From: a virus
Virus record (IMG/VR): IMGVR_UViG_3300033059_000110
Location: 1-45,164 of that record
Strand: one strand, 5' to 3'
DNA length: 45,164 nucleotides
Shown here: piece by piece, positions 40,607 to 45,164 of the stretch
How positions within the stretch are numbered: position 1 is the stretch's first letter
How the letters are laid out: the number at the start of each line of letters is the position of its first letter
Notes under the pieces: generated by a model
Seen by the model: only the letters and a program-made list of their open reading frames with translations
What the model was told of the DNA's origin: nothing
Databases searched by the model: none
Made by a program: the position numbers and the translations under genes

Positions 40607-42195
40607 TGTTTGGGAGTCAGCATTTAAATGAGTTCGACATAAAGCCTAATATGTCCGGGATGGACATTAAGGATATGTGGGATGTTGACGGGATACGGGA
40701 TAAGGCGAAGAAGGGGAATTTTGAGGCATTTGATTTCAGTGGGTTTAAGCCATTCATTTTACAGGTGGGGAAGTATCAGAGGATTGAGAAGCGGCCCTGG
40801 GTGTACAGGGCGCAGATTATAGAGCCAAGGCGGGCGGGCAAGACGATTTTCAATGTAATTTATTTAATCATCAAGTCGTTGGAGAAGTTATCCACGACGA
40901 AGTTTCCATTTTTAAGGTACGGGTTGATTTATCCTGACTTGACTCAGGCGAAAGAGGTGGCTTGGGATGCTTTTGAGTATTACACGCGCGGGTTTCAGAG
41001 GGATATAAGGAAAAATCAGGGGCATATTGATGTTTATTTGAGGAATATGGGCGGCGAGATGACAAAGATCATGTATCGGTTGGTTGGGTTGAAGAATTAC
41101 GACAGTCGGCGGGGTGGTTTTTATGATGGTGCGATATTGGACGAAAAAAAAGATATTCCTTCCGGGTTTAAGCCGATTATTAACCCAATGGTGAGTGACC
41201 CGAGTCGGCAGCCTACTTTTTTATTTAATACCGGGACGCCGGACGACAGTGATGATTTTTGGGGGGATTATGATAATTGGCGCGCGAAGGAAATGGCGGG
41301 AGATGACAGGTATTTTACATTTTGGACTAATTATGAGCTTTTGAAGAAGATTGGCGGGATTGAGCGGGGGTATTTGTCAGAGCATGACTATATGTTGGCG
41401 ACGGAGGGCATGAGTCAGGCGGAGATTGACATTGAGTATGGTTGCAAGAGAGGGGTTAAGACTGGAGCGAGTTTTTTTGGCGATTTGGTAAGGGTGGCGG
41501 AGGAGCGGAACAGAATAAGGATGATTGAGGACATTGAGGACGAACAGAAGATTGTTTGCAATGACATAGGTTCCACGAAGAAGGATTTATATGCTTTATG
41601 GGTTTCGCAGTACAATCGGTTTAACGGGGCGATTGAGGTGATTGATTATCATGAGATGCCCAAGGCGACGGAGGAGAAGGTTGTTCAATGGTTACTGAAG
41701 AAGCATTACAATGTCAAGCAGATGATTTTGCCGTGGGATGCTGCGGTTGGTATGACCACTCCGGTTCAGAATTTTCAACGATTAATGCCCAACACCAGGA
41801 TGACCCCTTTGCCAAAGCCGGCGAACAAAATGGAGAGAATAAGTTCTTTACGGCGGTGTTTTAAGCGCTTTCATTTTGATTTGCGAAACACTGCGCGGGG
41901 GATAATTTGCCTGAAAAGGTATTCCAAGGTTTGGGATCGAAAAAACAAGGTTTATTTGGTGAAGCCGAAACATGACGAATACTCCCATGGAGCTGACGCT
42001 TTGACCTATTATGCGCAGGCTTTAGAGAGGGATCAGGTGGATTTGACATCCGGGAAGATTGGTGATAGGGGTGTATCAAAGAGCAATGCGTCAGATTATG
42101 AGCCAATGTTAGACTGGCATCAGGGCAGTAAGGACGCTTTATTTGCCAATGCTCAGGTTCAGGAGTCAAGACTTTGGTTGGGGGAGGGGCTTTGA
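40606..42195 (+). CDS. terL: Terminase large subunit
   Basis: Walker A PRRAGKT, Walker B GAILDE. 529 aa. ATG overlaps the terS stop. Confidence 0.8.
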   Translation: MFGSQHLNEFDIKPNMSGMDIKDMWDVDGIRDKAKKGNFEAFDFSGFKPFILQVGKYQRIEKRPWVYRAQIIEPRRAGKTIFNVIYLIIKSLEKLSTTKFPFLRYGLIYPDLTQAKEVAWDAFEYYTRGFQRDIRKNQGHIDVYLRNMGGEMTKIMYRLVGLKNYDSRRGGFYDGAILDEKKDIPSGFKPIINPMVSDPSRQPTFLFNTGTPDDSDDFWGDYDNWRAKEMAGDDRYFTFWTNYELLKKIGGIERGYLSEHDYMLATEGMSQAEIDIEYGCKRGVKTGASFFGDLVRVAEERNRIRMIEDIEDEQKIVCNDIGSTKKDLYALWVSQYNRFNGAIEVIDYHEMPKATEEKVVQWLLKKHYNVKQMILPWDAAVGMTTPVQNFQRLMPNTRMTPLPKPANKMERISSLRRCFKRFHFDLRNTARGIICLKRYSKVWDRKNKVYLVKPKHDEYSHGADALTYYAQALERDQVDLTSGKIGDRGVSKSNASDYEPMLDWHQGSKDALFANAQVQESRLWLGEGL

Positions 42196-42699
42196 ATGGG
42201 CTGGTTTAGTGATGTTATCGATATGTTTACGCTGAGCCCTCAGAAAATTCCAGTGGGGGGCCGTTCAATAGCCAAAAGATACAGGACAGGGACTAAAAAT
42301 TTTCGTTTTGATTGGGAATCCCCTGAAGACAGGGATTTGCCGGAAGTAAGTGGCGATCCGGGGAGAGACAGGGGCCGGCGAAGGGAGAGGGAAACCGGTA
42401 GCACAAGGGATATTTCAGCGATAAAGCGGGCGGATGAAGAAAACAGGCAAAACAGAGAAAGGACGCAGGTCCGGGAAAGCGCGATATTAAATGAGAATTT
42501 TTCGAGCATAGTGGAGGGGTTAAAGGATCAGTATAGTTTAAGGGAGAGGGAGCTGAAGACTCAGATTGACCAGTTAATTGACATCAATTTAAGCTATCAG
42601 AGGCCGGCCATAATTCAGACTTTATTTCAGAAAAAACAGGCTCAGAGTTATCTTCCGACCAGCATCAGGACCGACAGGGGGGCTGTGGGGGGCTTATGA
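42196..42699 (+). CDS. Arg/Glu-rich hypothetical protein between terL and portal
   Basis: 167 aa. The tract DPGRDRGRRRERETGSTRD. No motif recognised. Confidence 0.45.
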   Translation: MGWFSDVIDMFTLSPQKIPVGGRSIAKRYRTGTKNFRFDWESPEDRDLPEVSGDPGRDRGRRRERETGSTRDISAIKRADEENRQNRERTQVRESAILNENFSSIVEGLKDQYSLRERELKTQIDQLIDINLSYQRPAIIQTLFQKKQAQSYLPTSIRTDRGAVGGL

Positions 42700-44537
42700 T
42701 AAATAACAGCCATTACGATCCTAGCAATAAAAAATTTTATTACTCTGCTGTTCAGTTGCGGAACAAGCTGGACAGTTTAATTACTGACAGGTCGGGGCTG
42801 AATTGGTTTTGGAATAATGTTTTGAATCTGGTTCGTCCTTCCAAGCAGGCATTGGATTATTATTCCAATCGGGTAATGTCGGGGGCTCCTGACCTTAATT
42901 ACAGGAACATTCCTAATTTCATATACGATAATCAGGGCTCAGTTAATTCTTTATTACTTGCAAGTTATCTTCACAGTAATTTAACCAATCCGCATGACGA
43001 ATGGATGACTTTGCAATCCAATATAAGCCCTTCCATGGTTTTGCTTTCCAAAAAACTTTCAGCTTTGGGATTGGAGGTAGGGGTAGGGGCAGAGGATCAG
43101 AGCGAAGAGGAAAAGGAATACATACAAAACATATTGATGCAGGCTTGTGGAGATCAGATGCATTTAACATGGAGGGGGAGCAATTTTCATCAAGAAATCT
43201 TTATGTTTTACAAAAGCCTGGTGGATATTGGAACAGCTTGTTTAGGGGTGTTTTCCCAAAAGAGAGGGTTTGATGAGCAGAGCGAGCTTTCTTTTGTTTT
43301 TAAGGATATGAGGGATGTGTATTTTGCGCAGGACAGTTTTGGATTCCCGAATCATGTCTTTGCTATTTATAAATGGACCGCCCGCGAGGTGATTGATTAT
43401 TTTGCAAGGGGGTGGTCTGAGCAGGATATTCTTTCAGTTTTTAATGACAGAATTTTAAAGGCTTATAAGAATTGGTCTGATGATATTTTCACTTTTGTTC
43501 ATGCTGTTTATCCTGATTATAGTCAAAAAGAGAAATTTCTTTCCAGTTATTTCATGTATGAGTATAGCCCTGCTCCGGCGGTGGCTTGGCAGAAGGGATT
43601 TTCAAGGAGCAATAATTATGGGAACTTTTTTCTTAAAAATGAAATTATTAATTATAATCCATATTTGATAAGCCGTATTCGAAAAGAAGGGATGTTTGGG
43701 GTAGGCTTTAGTGCTGAGGCTTACCCTCTTTTAATTCAGGTTCAGGACAGCCAGCGAAGCATAATGATTGGCTCAAAAAAGAATGTTGAACCGGCGGTAA
43801 ATGTTCCGGGAAGCAGGCTTGGGCAAAATTTCAGCACAGCTCCTAACGCTAAAAATCCTATGGAAATTTTTGGGAATCAGTTGGTTAGCGTAGAGCCTTC
43901 CATGTCGCCTGTAAACATTAAGGACTTGGTGTTTTCCAAGCAGGAATTAAAGATGGAGATTGATAAGATTTATCTGATTGACAAGATTATAATTGAGCAG
44001 ACAAAGAGAGACAGGACGGCAACGGAAGTGGAAAAAAGAACAGGGGAAGAGATAAAGATTCTCTCTCCTTTTGTAGGAAGTTTGGAGGCTGAATTTTTAA
44101 ATCCTTTGGGGAGGATTACTTTTAACATTTTAAAAAACAAAAGGGTTCCTTTTGTCAGTGACATATTTAAAAGGTTGGCAAAGACTGATTTTGGGTTTAA
44201 ATATGTCAGTGACATTGCCATGGCACAGACTTATAAAAAAGTGCAGAGGTTAATGGAATTATGGACTAGAATGACACAAATGGCGGAAAAAGACCCGGAA
44301 GCCAAGTTACAAGTTGAATGGGGTGAAGTGGCTAAGCTTATCCGGGCTAATATGAATGTTAGCCGTTTGATAGAAAAAAGTCCACAAGCTTTCAAAAAGG
44401 ATCAGGAAGCAATGAAAAAGCAGTTGCAGCAAGCTCAGCAAAGTAATATGATGTCTAATATGAAAGATATTGGCTCAGGATATAAATCGCTACAAGAAGG
44501 CGAAGAGGCCAGGTTAAGAATTGAAGGGGTAGCTTAG
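42696..44537 (+). CDS. Portal (head-tail connector) protein
   Basis: 613 aa, downstream of terL and upstream of the scaffold and capsid genes. Assigned by size and synteny. Confidence 0.65.
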   Translation: MINNSHYDPSNKKFYYSAVQLRNKLDSLITDRSGLNWFWNNVLNLVRPSKQALDYYSNRVMSGAPDLNYRNIPNFIYDNQGSVNSLLLASYLHSNLTNPHDEWMTLQSNISPSMVLLSKKLSALGLEVGVGAEDQSEEEKEYIQNILMQACGDQMHLTWRGSNFHQEIFMFYKSLVDIGTACLGVFSQKRGFDEQSELSFVFKDMRDVYFAQDSFGFPNHVFAIYKWTAREVIDYFARGWSEQDILSVFNDRILKAYKNWSDDIFTFVHAVYPDYSQKEKFLSSYFMYEYSPAPAVAWQKGFSRSNNYGNFFLKNEIINYNPYLISRIRKEGMFGVGFSAEAYPLLIQVQDSQRSIMIGSKKNVEPAVNVPGSRLGQNFSTAPNAKNPMEIFGNQLVSVEPSMSPVNIKDLVFSKQELKMEIDKIYLIDKIIIEQTKRDRTATEVEKRTGEEIKILSPFVGSLEAEFLNPLGRITFNILKNKRVPFVSDIFKRLAKTDFGFKYVSDIAMAQTYKKVQRLMELWTRMTQMAEKDPEAKLQVEWGEVAKLIRANMNVSRLIEKSPQAFKKDQEAMKKQLQQAQQSNMMSNMKDIGSGYKSLQEGEEARLRIEGVA

Positions 44538-44863
44538 TGGACGATTTCAAAAAATTGGAAGGTTTTTCTCAGCCTGACTTACAAGTAGTGATAGGATCGA
44601 CTGTCCAAAAAATTTCACAAAAAGATTTAATCCTTGATAAGTTAAATGCTATAAAGGCAATGAAGGCTTTAATGAATACTTTAATCTGGCGGGAATGGGA
44701 AGGGGTGACTTTAAATTTTAACTTCAAACAATCAAATGAGTTTTTGCAGTTTATGGAAGGGCAAAGGTATTTTATTCAGGGAATGAAAAATTTATTAATT
44801 AGTGAGAATTTACTAAAAGCGCAATTGAATAAACCTGCGGTGAATTCTCAGGAAAATCTTTAA
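44537..44863 (+). CDS. Hypothetical protein (108 aa, GTG start overlapping the portal stop)
   Basis: ORF only. Confidence 0.4.
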   Translation: MDDFKKLEGFSQPDLQVVIGSTVQKISQKDLILDKLNAIKAMKALMNTLIWREWEGVTLNFNFKQSNEFLQFMEGQRYFIQGMKNLLISENLLKAQLNKPAVNSQENL

Positions 44864-44876
44864 TAAGGAGAAAAAA

Positions 44877-45164
44877 ATGGACACAGGAACAGGCGGAACA
44901 TTTACGGCGCCAATTCAAAATAACAACATTCCTCCTTTGATAGAGCAGACAGGTCAGCCGGGACAATATCATGTTTCCCGCCCGGCGCAGGGAAATAATT
45001 TAATGTATCCTGGTACCCATCAATTGTTGCAGCAGCAGCAACAAAGAGCTCCTGGGTTTCCTGGCGGCGGCTTCCCTCCTCAAAACCAGTTTCCTCAACA
45101 GCCGCAGTTTCCTCAAAACCAGTTTCCTCAACAGCCGCAGTTTCCTCAAAACCAGTTTCCTCAA
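44877..45164 (+). CDS. Scaffolding-like Q/P-rich protein, 5' portion (runs off the window end in frame; continues at nt 2/41)
   Basis: AAGGAG SD at 44865-44870 and ATG at 44877. 96 codons with no stop. The last codon ends exactly at 45164, in phase with the open frame at the window start. Confidence 0.65.
   Translation, partial: MDTGTGGTFTAPIQNNNIPPLIEQTGQPGQYHVSRPAQGNNLMYPGTHQLLQQQQQRAPGFPGGGFPPQNQFPQQPQFPQNQFPQQPQFPQNQFPQ
45078..45164. repeat. Coding tandem repeat, 33-nt unit x2.6 (PQNQFPQQPQF)
   Basis: Units at 45078-45110 and 45111-45143, with a partial unit at 45144-45164. Confidence 0.9.

Noticed and set aside
1-45164. Search for a single-subunit RNA polymerase, integrase/excisionase/CI-type lysogeny module, tRNA/tmRNA, reverse transcriptase (DGR/retron) or Cas-like genes
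   Set aside because: No ORF has the size or motifs of a T7-type RNAP, a tyrosine or serine recombinase, or an RT (no YxDD). No cloverleaf-like T-loop (GTTCRA) segments were seen in the intergenic gaps. By-eye scanning could still miss a divergent case.

Overview
The window looks like a complete, circularly closing ~45.1 kb genome of a tailed podovirus. The first 40 nt are identical to the last 40 nt, and one ORF runs off the 3' end and re-enters in frame at the 5' end.

Genome layout:
- A rightward arm runs 39.9 kb -> wrap -> 25.0 kb. It encodes terS, terL, portal, a Q/P-repeat scaffold-like protein and the capsid protein.
- The tail and ejection module follows in T7 gene order: gp11-like adaptor, gp12-like nozzle, three internal virion proteins, and a tail fibre with a gp17-like N-terminus.
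- The rightward arm ends in a cassette of membrane, lipoprotein and secreted proteins with an M15 endolysin.
- A leftward arm runs 39.5 kb -> 25.0 kb. It carries a small regulator, two metzincin-type proteases, ArdC-like and PhaR-like proteins, a primase-polymerase/SF3 helicase, an SNF2 helicase, and a putative SSB-like protein with a P/Q linker. It also carries an unusually short family A DNA polymerase and a VRR-NUC nuclease.
- I found no phage RNA polymerase, integrase, tRNA or CRISPR array.
- Near-consensus sigma70 promoters, lipoboxes and Shine-Dalgarno sites suggest a virulent phage of a Gram-negative host that depends on the host RNA polymerase.

Most notable observations:
- An ORF-poor, repeat-dense divergent control region at 38.8-39.9 kb.
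- A small gene at 25.6-25.8 kb that only reads through with a +1 frame change.
- A 323-aa minimal PolA.
- Paralogous metzincins.
- A possible pore-forming protein.
- An oppositely oriented two-gene lipoprotein moron with its own promoter and terminator.
- A structured 198-nt intergenic element.
- Several DUF1508/YegP-like mini-proteins, two of them below the ORF-track cutoff.

All functional calls rest on motifs read by eye and on gene order. No database search was possible.
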